64,000 nt of DNA from Candidatus Binatia bacterium (lineage in GTDB: Bacteria > Desulfobacterota > Binatia > UBA1149 > CAITLU01). The DNA lies in NCBI GenBank assembly GCA_047611725.1, contig JBLFWR010000003.1, positions 18,779 through 82,778 of the forward strand. Reading direction: 5' to 3'. Made by a program: the position numbers and the translations under genes. The notes under the pieces were generated by a model. The model made no database searches and was not told where the DNA came from. It saw only the letters and a program-made list of their open reading frames with translations. Shown here one piece after another: positions 46,061 to 55,737 of the stretch (positions within the stretch are counted from its first letter, which is position 1; every line of letters begins with the position of its first letter).

Positions 46061-47233
46061 TCACCTATACAGAAGCGCTGCTTCTCTAGCCCCGTCGTAG
46101 ACCTGGAGCCCATCCAGAGCCGCAGCCATGACGTCTTCGAAATGCGCGAACCTGTCGATCGCTTCGCGGACACTCGGTTTTCCGGTTAGCAGATCGATCG
46201 CGGGAACGTCGTCACGAAACTCGTACGGTTCAGCTCGCCAGGCGAATGATTCGGGCCACAGTTCATGAACGGCGGCAACCACAGCCAAGCCCGTTCGATA
46301 GGAATTGAAATGCTGCCGGTCTGTGACGTGAAGCTGCAGTCCACCGCAGCGCTTTCCGGCCCACTTATCGAATGTCGGCACGAACACGCAGGGGCGCAGC
46401 GCAAGACCGGGCAAGTTCATGCTAGCCAAACGTGCGGCAAGCTTGCCGCCGTTAATCCATGGCGCACCGAACAGTTCGAACGGACGAGTCGTTCCGCGCG
46501 CTTCGGAAATGTTAGTGCCTTCAAGCAAACACATTCCGGGATACACAACGGCCGTATCGACCGTCGGCATGTTCGGCGATGGCATTACCCACGGCAATCC
46601 GGTGGCTTCGAAATAGTCGGCGCGCTTCCAACCCTGGCAGGCAACGACCTCGAGCTCGCAGTCAATTGAAAACGCATTGCGATACAAGCGAGCCAATTCC
46701 CCGACCGTCATCGCGTGACGTTGCGGCACCGGATACAAACCGCAAAAATTCTCAAGGCCCTGATCAAGGCCGCCGCCTTCAACTTGGGAGCCTCCGATCG
46801 GGTTGGGCCGATCCAGCACGATCACTTTCACACCCGCCCGGCCCGCAGCGCGCATGCACAACGCCATCGTTGCCGCGTAGGTGTAGTAGCGGGCCCCAAC
46901 ATCCTGAATGTCGAAGAGCAGGACATCGAGGTCGACAAGCTGGTCGGGCTGCGGCGACAAGCTGTCAAAGGTTTCGCCGTAGAGACTGACTTCGGCGATG
47001 CCGGTGGCAGGGTCGTGGCCGTCACCAACCCCAACCATGTACTGGGCTTCCCCACGAATACCGTGTTCGGGGCCGAACAAACGCTGCAAATCGACGGCCG
47101 AGCTGGCATGCAAAAGGTCAACAGCGTGCCGCAAGTTGCGATCAACAGTCGTGGGATTGGCGACAAGCCCCACGCGTGCACCGCCGAGATAATGGCGCGG
47201 GTCGCCCAAAAGTCGTTCCAAGCCAGTTTGCAT
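46061..47233 (-). CDS. DUF1343 family protein (NamZ-like exo-beta-N-acetylmuramidase); the ORF extends to 47395
   Basis: ARVGLVANPTTVDRNLRHAVDLL...LFGPEHG and downstream DUF1343 motifs. Internal ATG MQTGLERLLG chosen. Confidence 0.7.
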   Translation of the reverse strand: MQTGLERLLGDPRHYLGGARVGLVANPTTVDRNLRHAVDLLHASSAVDLQRLFGPEHGIRGEAQYMVGVGDGHDPATGIAEVSLYGETFDSLSPQPDQLVDLDVLLFDIQDVGARYYTYAATMALCMRAAGRAGVKVIVLDRPNPIGGSQVEGGGLDQGLENFCGLYPVPQRHAMTVGELARLYRNAFSIDCELEVVACQGWKRADYFEATGLPWVMPSPNMPTVDTAVVYPGMCLLEGTNISEARGTTRPFELFGAPWINGGKLAARLASMNLPGLALRPCVFVPTFDKWAGKRCGGLQLHVTDRQHFNSYRTGLAVVAAVHELWPESFAWRAEPYEFRDDVPAIDLLTGKPSVREAIDRFAHFEDVMAAALDGLQVYDGAREAALLYR

Positions 47234-47339
47234 CGCGCCACTGTAGCCGAGAATTGGGCGAAGGTCGCGCAACGCGGCTTGCACAGTTTGCGCAGAGCAT
47301 CGCAGTTGGAAGCCGTCCGGGGCGGTGCGATGCTGACGC

Positions 47340-48884
47340 GTGCCGGAAACCAACGAAGCCGACGAGGCCCCATCAACACCCAACGCCGCGAACACCGAGA
47401 TCCCAAAGGATCCGCGCGGCGCGCGCGCGGCGGTTTGGACCTCAAGTACGTACTTCGCCGAAGGCTTTCCCTACACGATCGTCAATGGCCTCCCCGAGAT
47501 GCTGTTCAAGGAGTTCGGCGCGAGCCTGGAGTCCATCGGACTGACATCGCTGTTCCATCTTCCGTGGAATCTGAAGTTCCTCTGGGGCCCCTTTCTTGAC
47601 CGCTTCGGCACGAAGCGAAAATGGCTACTCGGCGTCGAGGTCGTCCTGACCGCACTGCTGTTCGCTTTGGCGGCAGCGGTTTCAGGAGGCAATGTATTGG
47701 TTGCCGCGTCGGTTTGTTTTTTCGCGATTGCCATTGCGGCGGCCACCCATGACATCGCCATCGACGGCTACTACCTAGAGGCACTCGACGAAGCCGATCA
47801 ATCGCGCTTCGTAGGAACTCGCGCCACGGCGTATCGCATCGCGATGCTTGCGGCGTCAGGTCCTTTAGTCTTGCTCATCGGAAAGGTCGGATGGACGTAC
47901 GCACTGCTTTTTGGCGCGACGACAATGGGCGGCCTTTTGCTGTTCCACACCCGTTTCCTTCCCAGGGTCGAGACCGAAACCCGCCCGATACGTGAACTGC
48001 TTCCGCTGCTTGCCACCCCGACCATGCTTGGCGGCGTGGCCAGTCTTGGCGCAGCGATCTGGGTGCTTTGGGAGCTGGCCGCACGCGGTGCTGCCGGGAC
48101 GTTGCCCGAGCCCTTCGCTTCGATCTTTGGCGCCGTGTCGTTCTCGGGATGGCTAGGACTGACCTTGCTCGCAGCGCTAGGGGCAATCTTGCTCGCGCTA
48201 CCCCGAATTCGCACGCGCATGGAATCATCGGAGAGTTTCTACGCCGAGGCCTTCGTCAATTTCCTCGCCCAAGATCGTATCGCGGTGATCCTCGGCTTCG
48301 TCATCCTGTTCCGAGCCGGCGAGTCGTTTCTATTGAAAATGCGCTACGCATTTCTGTCGGACATCGGAATCAGCATCGAACAATACGGCATCGCCAGCGG
48401 AACGTTTGGAGTCATCGCTTCATTCGTCGCCACCATCGCGGCCGGTTGGTTGATCTCAAGCGGTGGCTTGCGGAAATGGATTTGGCCCTTCGTGCTCGGC
48501 CAGAACCTGTTGAATCTTCTCTACGCCGTATTGGCGGCGCACTACGCTCCCCTGTGGCTCGACCCCGGTTCCGGAAGTGCAAGCATGGTTGTCGTTACGG
48601 TTACGATCATCATCGAGTCAGCAGGCGCGGGCCTCGGGACAGCCGTGTTCATGGTCTACCTCATGCGCTGCTGTCGCCCTGGCTACAAGGCGGCACACAT
48701 GGCTATTTTGACTGCCCTAATGAGCGTGAGCTTTACATTGGCTGGCGTAGCTAGCGGCTTCCTGGCGACACGTCTTGGTTTCACAAACTATTTCGTCTTC
48801 ACATTCTTGACGACGATTCCGGGGATGCTGCTAATTTTCCGACTGCCGTACTTGGACAGCGCGCCGGTGGCGAAGACTGCATGA
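47340..48884 (+). CDS. ampG: AmpG-family major-facilitator-superfamily (MFS) muropeptide permease
   Basis: FPYTIVNGLP..L....G.SL..IGL.SL..LPWNLKFLWGPFLDR signature. 12-14 transmembrane segments. Confidence 0.8.
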   Translation: MPETNEADEAPSTPNAANTEIPKDPRGARAAVWTSSTYFAEGFPYTIVNGLPEMLFKEFGASLESIGLTSLFHLPWNLKFLWGPFLDRFGTKRKWLLGVEVVLTALLFALAAAVSGGNVLVAASVCFFAIAIAAATHDIAIDGYYLEALDEADQSRFVGTRATAYRIAMLAASGPLVLLIGKVGWTYALLFGATTMGGLLLFHTRFLPRVETETRPIRELLPLLATPTMLGGVASLGAAIWVLWELAARGAAGTLPEPFASIFGAVSFSGWLGLTLLAALGAILLALPRIRTRMESSESFYAEAFVNFLAQDRIAVILGFVILFRAGESFLLKMRYAFLSDIGISIEQYGIASGTFGVIASFVATIAAGWLISSGGLRKWIWPFVLGQNLLNLLYAVLAAHYAPLWLDPGSGSASMVVVTVTIIIESAGAGLGTAVFMVYLMRCCRPGYKAAHMAILTALMSVSFTLAGVASGFLATRLGFTNYFVFTFLTTIPGMLLIFRLPYLDSAPVAKTA

Positions 48885-49726
48885 GCGAAGCGACATCAGC
48901 TACATCACCTAAGCAAATCGGGAGCGCCGGGCTTACCGGGCTTACCGACGAGCAAGTCAGCGCCTACTGGCGCGACGGCTATGTCATTGTGCGTGGCCTG
49001 TTCGACGAAACCACACTCGCGCCATGGCGCGAACGCGTACGCGATTTGGCAACCCGCCGCGTACCCCCAAGCCCCAACATGACACTGGTTCGCGACGTCA
49101 TGTTCGCCAAAGGTGCCGCCGAGCCTCTAACTCCCGAGCACGAGATCTGCAAGATCAACTTCTTTGAAAATGATCCGGTACTCGCCACCTACGCCAACCA
49201 CCCTGGTCTGCTCGACTGTATTGAGGCGTTGCTCGGTCCCGAGCTTTTGTTCGTTAACAGCATGGTTATCACTAAGCCGCCGGGCGTGGATGGGCGCCAC
49301 CCTCTACATCAGGACCTATTGTACTTTGGGTTCCGACCCGGCGACGCGTTGGTCGGAACGTGGACCGCCCTGGAAGAGGTCAACCGAGACAACGGCGGGC
49401 TTTCCGTGCTGCCCCGTAGCCATCGCGGCACTTTACTCGAACACGACGTGCCCGACTGGGACTATGTCAACGCGGGCTTCTTCGGCGCCAACAACATCGA
49501 CCCCAACGCCGAGCGCGTGCATGTCGAAATGAACGCGGGCGACACCTTGCTGTTCCACTCTCAGTTGTTACACGGCTCGGGGACCAACAGGACCGATCGA
49601 TTCCGCCGGGCGATCTCAACCCACTACGTGCGCACGACGGCGGACGATCTTTGGAACGGCAAAGATGTGATTTCTAACCGCCCATGGATCCCCGTGCGCG
49701 CAGCCGCCCAACGACCAGAATCCTGA
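48881..49726 (+). CDS. Phytanoyl-CoA dioxygenase (PhyH) family Fe(II)/2-oxoglutarate oxygenase
   Basis: HQD...H motif context (RHPLHQDLLYF...LPRSHRG...H) and a PhyH-like fold. Confidence 0.75.
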   Translation: MSEATSATSPKQIGSAGLTGLTDEQVSAYWRDGYVIVRGLFDETTLAPWRERVRDLATRRVPPSPNMTLVRDVMFAKGAAEPLTPEHEICKINFFENDPVLATYANHPGLLDCIEALLGPELLFVNSMVITKPPGVDGRHPLHQDLLYFGFRPGDALVGTWTALEEVNRDNGGLSVLPRSHRGTLLEHDVPDWDYVNAGFFGANNIDPNAERVHVEMNAGDTLLFHSQLLHGSGTNRTDRFRRAISTHYVRTTADDLWNGKDVISNRPWIPVRAAAQRPES

Positions 49727-49766
49727 GCAGAGTGACGCAGCGGCGAAACTTGGCTACGCTTCGGCG

Positions 49767-50204
49767 ATGAACGAAATACTCCAAGACCCAACGTTTTCGC
49801 TGTACGCGATTTGTTCGCTGGTTCTCGCTCTCAAAATGCTCGCACTGGGCGCGGGCACTGGCGTAGTGCGGATCGTTCGCGGTAACTACATCTCACCCGA
49901 AGACTATTCGACGTTCGGCACTACCCCTGCCGCAGCACCAGACCCACTGATAGAACGACTACGACGTGCGCATCAAAACGATCTGGAAAACATCATACCT
50001 TTCTTCGTGATTGGCGCGCTCTACGCGCTTTCAGGTCCGAGCTACAACACCGCCTGGTGGCTCTTTACGACATTCACCGCCTTCCGCGTTCTTCACACCA
50101 TTACCTATGCAGCCGGTCTGCAACCTTGGCGCACCATCGTGTTCGAGGGAGCCAATATCGCCAACTTTATCTTAGCCTTCCTCGCGCTCGCGTCGCTACT
50201 GTAA
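49767..50204 (+). CDS. MAPEG family membrane protein (microsomal GST-like)
   Basis: 145 aa, four transmembrane helices. ENIIPFF and FRVLHTITY motifs. Confidence 0.6.
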   Translation: MNEILQDPTFSLYAICSLVLALKMLALGAGTGVVRIVRGNYISPEDYSTFGTTPAAAPDPLIERLRRAHQNDLENIIPFFVIGALYALSGPSYNTAWWLFTTFTAFRVLHTITYAAGLQPWRTIVFEGANIANFILAFLALASLL

Positions 50205-50228
50205 CGCTGACGCGAAACGATCATTACA

Positions 50229-51263
50229 CTAGGGCGCGCTAACGCTTCCGAGCGTCTCGAAAAGGCGCTGTTCTAGATCCGCGACTTCCGACGTACCGCG
50301 TGCGGCTTCTTCGAAAAGGCCGATCGATGCGCCGTCTTCGGCCGCACGGGCCAGGATATCGGCGACAGCCGTCCAGCCATCGGCAGCCTGCACAGCTAGT
50401 TGTGCTGCACCGTCGGGAACCAGCGAAGGATCCATCGTTCTGGTCCACTCCAGGAACCCGGCGTACATGCGTCGAAAGTTTCCGCCGCCATTTCCGAACT
50501 TCTCGATACAACGCGCATTGTAACTGGCTAGCCACGCGCGATCTTCACGTTCGCCCCAGGTTCTAACCTCATTGGCAAAGGCACGGGTGCCGGCGACTCC
50601 GGTTACCACGCGTGTGTCCGCACCGGCGAGCGAACCGAGGTCGGCACTGGAATCGCTTAGCATACGGCGCACCGTCCGATCGATTGCGAAGCGAGACGCC
50701 TCGCTTAGGCTTCTTTCAGGTTTCGTTGAATGGAACCGGCCCCATAAGTTGTGGGTGGACATTCCTTCTGTGGGATTGCGGCTGGTTGCGAGGGCTGCGT
50801 AGGAACAAGTCTCGGCCTCGGGGCGAACACGATCGGCAATGAAAGCGTTGTGGCTCTCGTCATCGAAACCAACCAGGACAAAACGATGCCCCGGAAAATG
50901 AACTGTAAACTCGCGGTAGTCGAGATAGAAGATGTCGCCAGAAAGCATCGTTGGCCGACCGGCTATTACTTCGTCGCGAACCATCTGCCACGCCACATTG
51001 TCATCGCGTTCGGTGACTTCCCGGTAGTCTATTCCCAAAGCACTACCTAGATCGATTTCCATCGTCGCGGTTCGCCCGAACAAAACCACAGCCGGATTCA
51101 TAGACGGATTGGCAATCAGGACACTGTCCACTCCCGACCCAAGACCGAATACCGCAGCTTCAGGTAACTGCAGATCGCAGTAGTGGTTCAAAAGCCCGCG
51201 CATCGCCACGCTTCCGCAGTGCTCGCCCGGAAAGCTTTGATAGGTATCGATCATGGTTTTCAT
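50229..51263 (-). CDS. BtrH N-terminal domain / DUF4872 protein (papain-like fold)
   Basis: N-terminal MKTMIDTYQSFPGEHCGS (BtrH_N-like Cys). The ORF extends to 51332. Confidence 0.5.
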   Translation of the reverse strand: MKTMIDTYQSFPGEHCGSVAMRGLLNHYCDLQLPEAAVFGLGSGVDSVLIANPSMNPAVVLFGRTATMEIDLGSALGIDYREVTERDDNVAWQMVRDEVIAGRPTMLSGDIFYLDYREFTVHFPGHRFVLVGFDDESHNAFIADRVRPEAETCSYAALATSRNPTEGMSTHNLWGRFHSTKPERSLSEASRFAIDRTVRRMLSDSSADLGSLAGADTRVVTGVAGTRAFANEVRTWGEREDRAWLASYNARCIEKFGNGGGNFRRMYAGFLEWTRTMDPSLVPDGAAQLAVQAADGWTAVADILARAAEDGASIGLFEEAARGTSEVADLEQRLFETLGSVSAP

Positions 51264-51379
51264 AGTCTGAGTCCAATCCCCTTTCGTTCTTTGGCCAGGC
51301 ATTCCTATCGTCGCGACGCAGAAAACTTGCAAAACAGATCTTCGGCAGTTGAACCTCCCCGTCGTGCCCCATAGCCATC

Positions 51380-52546
51380 GTGGCGATGTCAGCCCCTATT
51401 AACGGTGAAGCCTTCGCCCATGACCTGGATCAATTGCGCGCACGCGTGATGGGAAAACTTGGGGCCGAAGACTTAACCCACCTCAAGCGAATGGAACGAT
51501 GGGGAAGGCTTTGCACGCTAGGTGGCTGGGCGAGCGCCTGGATCGCGCCGAATCCGCTTTCGGCGATCCTTATCGCACAAGGGCGTACCTCGCGATGGGC
51601 AATGGTCGCCCATCATATCTTGCACCGAGGGTACGATCGCGTTCCGGGTGTGCCGCGGGAGCGCACAAGTAAGGGGTTCGCGCAGGGACGGCGACGCCTT
51701 CTAGATTGGAACGACTGGATCGACCCGGAGGCCTGGGCCTTCGAACACAACCAGCAACACCATTACAGACTTGGCGAGGACGCTGATCCGGACCAGGTCG
51801 AACTGAACCTTGATTGGCTGCGCGACTCGAAACTACCGGCGTTCGCAAAACTGGCGATCGTGTCGTTCTTCGCCGCGACCTGGAAGTGGACGTACTATGC
51901 GCCCAATACTTTTCGCCAATTGCGCGGTCGTCGGAAAAACCAACCCGCAGCCCGCAGTGATCTTGAGCCGCTGGCTTCGATGTACCTCAAGCCGTCGTTT
52001 TGGCGGCGCTGCTTGGGTCCCTACGCGATCATCCAGTTCGTTGCTCTACCACTCATGTTCCTACCTTTGGGCCGTTGGGCGGCGTTCAGCGTTTTGTGCA
52101 ACAGCGTGTTGGCTGAAGTGATCACAAACCTGCATTCCTTCTTGATCATCACAACCAATCACGCCGGTGATGACCTGCATGCGTTTGAAGCTCGCGCTGA
52201 CACGCGCGCTGAATTCTATGTTCGCCAGGCTTTGGGGTCGGTGAATTTCAGAACCGGCTCGAACCTGAACGACTTCGCGCACGGTTGGTTGAACTACCAG
52301 ATCGAACACCACCTTTTCCCCGATCTTCCCATGCGCCAGTACCAACGCATCCAACCTGAGGTGCGCGCGATTTGTGAGCGCCACGGCGTCGCCTACGTGC
52401 AAAGCTCAGTATGGAAGCGTCTGAAAAAGACTTTAGATGTAATGATCGGACGCACGGACATGATCCGGGCTGAGTCGATCGAAGCAATTTCCGCAGAGTT
52501 AGCCACGGCATCGTTGGTGGAGCCGGCCGTGGTTACGCCAGCCTAG
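51380..52546 (+). CDS. Fatty acid desaturase family protein
   Basis: Three histidine boxes (HHILHRGYD, HNQQHHY, HHLFPD) and transmembrane segments. Confidence 0.8.
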   Translation: MAMSAPINGEAFAHDLDQLRARVMGKLGAEDLTHLKRMERWGRLCTLGGWASAWIAPNPLSAILIAQGRTSRWAMVAHHILHRGYDRVPGVPRERTSKGFAQGRRRLLDWNDWIDPEAWAFEHNQQHHYRLGEDADPDQVELNLDWLRDSKLPAFAKLAIVSFFAATWKWTYYAPNTFRQLRGRRKNQPAARSDLEPLASMYLKPSFWRRCLGPYAIIQFVALPLMFLPLGRWAAFSVLCNSVLAEVITNLHSFLIITTNHAGDDLHAFEARADTRAEFYVRQALGSVNFRTGSNLNDFAHGWLNYQIEHHLFPDLPMRQYQRIQPEVRAICERHGVAYVQSSVWKRLKKTLDVMIGRTDMIRAESIEAISAELATASLVEPAVVTPA

Positions 52547-52902
52547 CCCGGACTCTTCATGAGGCAGCGTTCTACGAGGCGCATTCGCACAAACTCCACG
52601 TGAAGGGCTGCCAGGTTCGCCGCCTTCCGCGCGCGAAGTTCTCGGCAAGTGGTTGTTCATTGAATCGAGTCACGAAGATTCAGAAACGACGATGAGTGCG
52701 CTGGCTCGCTGTACCGCGAGCAACGACCCGCGCTTCGCGTGTCTATTCGAAACCGAGCAAGGCGAAACCAGAGGCTAGCCCGGGTTCTTCATGAATAGTC
52801 GGGCCTAGGGAGCTAGCCCACGAGCTCTCACCGCGTCGGTTCGACACTGACGGCGAACACACGAGCGGTTCCGCAACAAGCCTTCGATCATGTTTTGGTC
52901 CA

Positions 52903-54933
52903 GTGGGGGTCTCATTGTATGTTGCGCCGATGATCTCCCGTCCATTCCGTCTAAGTACAAAAAAATCTGGACCGATGCCGATATCGATTTGCACCATGAT
53001 GGCGATCGCGATGCTCGCGGTATCCTGCCCCAGCGCCTCGGCCAGTAGCGCCGACGAAGGCGGCCAGAACGGCTCCAGTACCCAACGGCGCGTCGTAGCA
53101 CAGGTTGCCGATTCTATTTGGAGATCATCATTCCCAGGGCCAATGATTACCGCGATCTCTCCACGCGTATCGATCGCACGAGAGACGCGACCGGTCCTAA
53201 CACGCCACCCGAGTAAAATGAGGAACGGCGACCTTCTGCACGGCCGAATCGTACTCGATCTGACCGAAGGAAGCCGCGTAGAATTCGCACTTGGGGTGGT
53301 CGCCTCGCCAGCCGCGGCCCCCACGAAAGATCCGCCCCATCCCTCGAATGTAAACGAGAAAGGCGACGACCAACCCGTGCCCGCAGAAACTGAGCCCCCT
53401 TCCCTTACAACACGCGCGCAAGCAGAGGTGTGGATTCTCAGCGAAGCCGGGCCGCGACGAGTGTGGTCGAAAACATTGCCGGACAAAGGCAGCCCGTGGC
53501 AAACGCAAAGAGTGGATCTTCCGGCAGGGCCAAAACAAACTTTGGAATTTAGAATCGCATCCGGTGAAGGGATGGGGAACGCGCGCTTTGGCGACCCAGT
53601 TGTTTCAAGCCCGGCTTCGGAAGCACCAGCGATTCGTGGCGTCATCTTGATTTCGCTCGATACCTTGCGCGCGGATCGAACCAGCGTGTACGGCTACAAG
53701 CGCCAGACCACACCGCGGCTAGAAGAGCTGTTCGGCCAAGGCGGCACTGTTTTCGAAAACGTGTACACCCAGGGCCCCGATACTGTGCTCGGGCATATCG
53801 CCATGTTGAAGGGACGCACTGGCGCATCCACCTTACTGGAACCCGGCGTTGGCATGAAACAATCCAGGGCGTTCGCTTCACTTGCCGATGTGCTGCGGCA
53901 CAACGGCTATCGCACCGCCGCGTATACCGAAAATGGGATGTTGATTGGCAACAACGGGTTCAACCAGGGATTCGAAGTTTGGTTTGAAAACACCGACGTC
54001 GAACAACGGCCGGAGAAGGGGCACATCAAGCGCACGTTCGCGATGGGCATGGACTGGTTTCGACAACATCAGGAGGAGCCGTTTTTTCTTTTCCTTCACT
54101 CGTACCAGGTCCATTCACCGTACGGTGCGCCCGCTCCTTGGTCCGACCTGTTCCCAAGCGCAGCGAACGCCGACTCAGTCGCCCGAGACTCAGACAGTTA
54201 CGACGAGGGAATTGCTTACGCTGACGCCCAAACCGCGGCTTTCCTAGAACAAATTGACGCGCTCGGTTTTGGCGACGACATCCTTGTGGTGGTGACCAGC
54301 GACCATGGCGAGGAATTCGCCGAGCACGGGCGCTTGCAGCACGGCGCCAATCTGACGCAGGAAAACCTACTCGTTCCGTTGCTGATGCGCGGCCCGGGAG
54401 TTTCGGCTGGCAAGCGCGTTGACCGTGGCCCCTCAGCGCTTATGGACGTTGCCCCAACCATCCTAGATTACCTGGGCATCGCCGCGCCGGAGTCATTCCA
54501 AGGAGTTTCGCTTCGCAACCCGGACGCCCTTGCACCTTCCGGCGAACGAATCATTCCGCACGAAGCCTGGCTTAAGCTGGTATTCACCCCGGACGGCTTC
54601 GACCCCAGTTTTGTTGCGCCAAGTTTCGCAGTGACCCGCGGCAGCATGCGCCTGGTGCGCGTACGCCACGACACCGGACATCATTTTGAAATGTACGATC
54701 TTGGAAATGACCCCGGCGAGAAGCACGACTTGGTCGCCGCAGGCTCGGAGGTTCCAAAAGACCTGAAGCGTCGCTTGCGAAACTATCTGGAGAACCAGAT
54801 TGGGCTGCATTACCAAGCAGTCAGGAAGCTACAAAAAAACTCCGCCGCCACCAAGCCAGCGAAGCCCCAAGAGACGACCGAAGACGCCGAGCGCAATGAA
54901 AAACTCAAAGCCCTCGGCTACATCTCCGATTAA
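52903..54933 (+). CDS. Sulfatase family protein (LTA-synthase / arylsulfatase-like) with a roughly 240-aa N-terminal extension; start uncertain
   Basis: LISLDTLRADRTSVYGYKR (sulfatase signature I region) and VVVTSDHGEEF. The antisense ORF 52743..53645 was rejected. Confidence 0.8.
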   Translation: MGVSLYVAPMISRPFRLSTKKSGPMPISICTMMAIAMLAVSCPSASASSADEGGQNGSSTQRRVVAQVADSIWRSSFPGPMITAISPRVSIARETRPVLTRHPSKMRNGDLLHGRIVLDLTEGSRVEFALGVVASPAAAPTKDPPHPSNVNEKGDDQPVPAETEPPSLTTRAQAEVWILSEAGPRRVWSKTLPDKGSPWQTQRVDLPAGPKQTLEFRIASGEGMGNARFGDPVVSSPASEAPAIRGVILISLDTLRADRTSVYGYKRQTTPRLEELFGQGGTVFENVYTQGPDTVLGHIAMLKGRTGASTLLEPGVGMKQSRAFASLADVLRHNGYRTAAYTENGMLIGNNGFNQGFEVWFENTDVEQRPEKGHIKRTFAMGMDWFRQHQEEPFFLFLHSYQVHSPYGAPAPWSDLFPSAANADSVARDSDSYDEGIAYADAQTAAFLEQIDALGFGDDILVVVTSDHGEEFAEHGRLQHGANLTQENLLVPLLMRGPGVSAGKRVDRGPSALMDVAPTILDYLGIAAPESFQGVSLRNPDALAPSGERIIPHEAWLKLVFTPDGFDPSFVAPSFAVTRGSMRLVRVRHDTGHHFEMYDLGNDPGEKHDLVAAGSEVPKDLKRRLRNYLENQIGLHYQAVRKLQKNSAATKPAKPQETTEDAERNEKLKALGYISD

Positions 54934-54974
54934 TCACCTTTTCTAACCGAACAATTGTCGCGAAAACGAGATAG

Positions 54975-55631
54975 TCAATCCCCGACAATTCCACCGAGCA
55001 TCAAATCAACAAGCGTCTCGGCGTAGCGTTCCACCGCGCGCTCAGACTTGGGTCGAGGGACACCAAGCTTGGCGGCCAGTGCTCCATGCGTGAATGGCGC
55101 AGACACTACGCTGGCCACGAACAATGCGAGCATACGGGAATCGACGTCGTGAATTCGATTGCCCTGCGCGCCTCCCAAAAACCGTTCTAACGTCGTTAGT
55201 CCCGGCTGAATGAATTCGTCGTAAATGTAGTCGAGCCGTTCGCCACCGCGGCCCGCTTCGTCGGCAATGATTCGTGCGATCGCCGGACGGCGAGCAAGCA
55301 TTGATATCGTTCGTCGCAATCCGATTCGAAGTGTCTCTTCGGGACTCGGCAAGCCAGTGGCTTTCTCAAGCAGCTCGACAAGTTCGAGAATCGACGCTTC
55401 GAGCCCAAACTTAACAGCCGCCTGCCACACTTCCGGCTTGGCCCCAAAGTGATGGTGCACAAGGTTGTGGCTAACCCCGACACGCCTGGCCAGCTCTCGA
55501 ACCGACATCGCCTCGTAGCCAGCGTCGGCAAACGCTTCCAAGGCGCCCTCGAGAATTTCTTCCCGGGTGCGATCGGCGGTCGCCCCGCGCGGACGCCCGG
55601 CGCCCCTTCGGGGGGCTTGAGGATCAACCAT
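54975..55631 (-). CDS. TetR family transcriptional regulator
   Basis: Helix-turn-helix MSVRELARRVGVSHNLVHHHF. ATG at 55631 (the ORF begins at a TTG at 55679). Confidence 0.75.
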   Translation of the reverse strand: MVDPQAPRRGAGRPRGATADRTREEILEGALEAFADAGYEAMSVRELARRVGVSHNLVHHHFGAKPEVWQAAVKFGLEASILELVELLEKATGLPSPEETLRIGLRRTISMLARRPAIARIIADEAGRGGERLDYIYDEFIQPGLTTLERFLGGAQGNRIHDVDSRMLALFVASVVSAPFTHGALAAKLGVPRPKSERAVERYAETLVDLMLGGIVGD

Positions 55632-55737
55632 TTTGTCGTTTTTATTTGACACGTGTCTAATTGTGCGTAACCTGCTCAATAGGGCGCTTGTTTAATTAAT
55701 ATTGTGAGCGCCGGAACCTCAAGAGGAGTTTCAGGAT

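Noticed and set aside
52743-53645. 300-aa minus-strand ORF antisense to the N-terminal part of the sulfatase gene
   Set aside because: Low-complexity Ser/Gly/Arg-rich antisense translation with no domain signature. The plus-strand frame continues seamlessly into a clear sulfatase domain.
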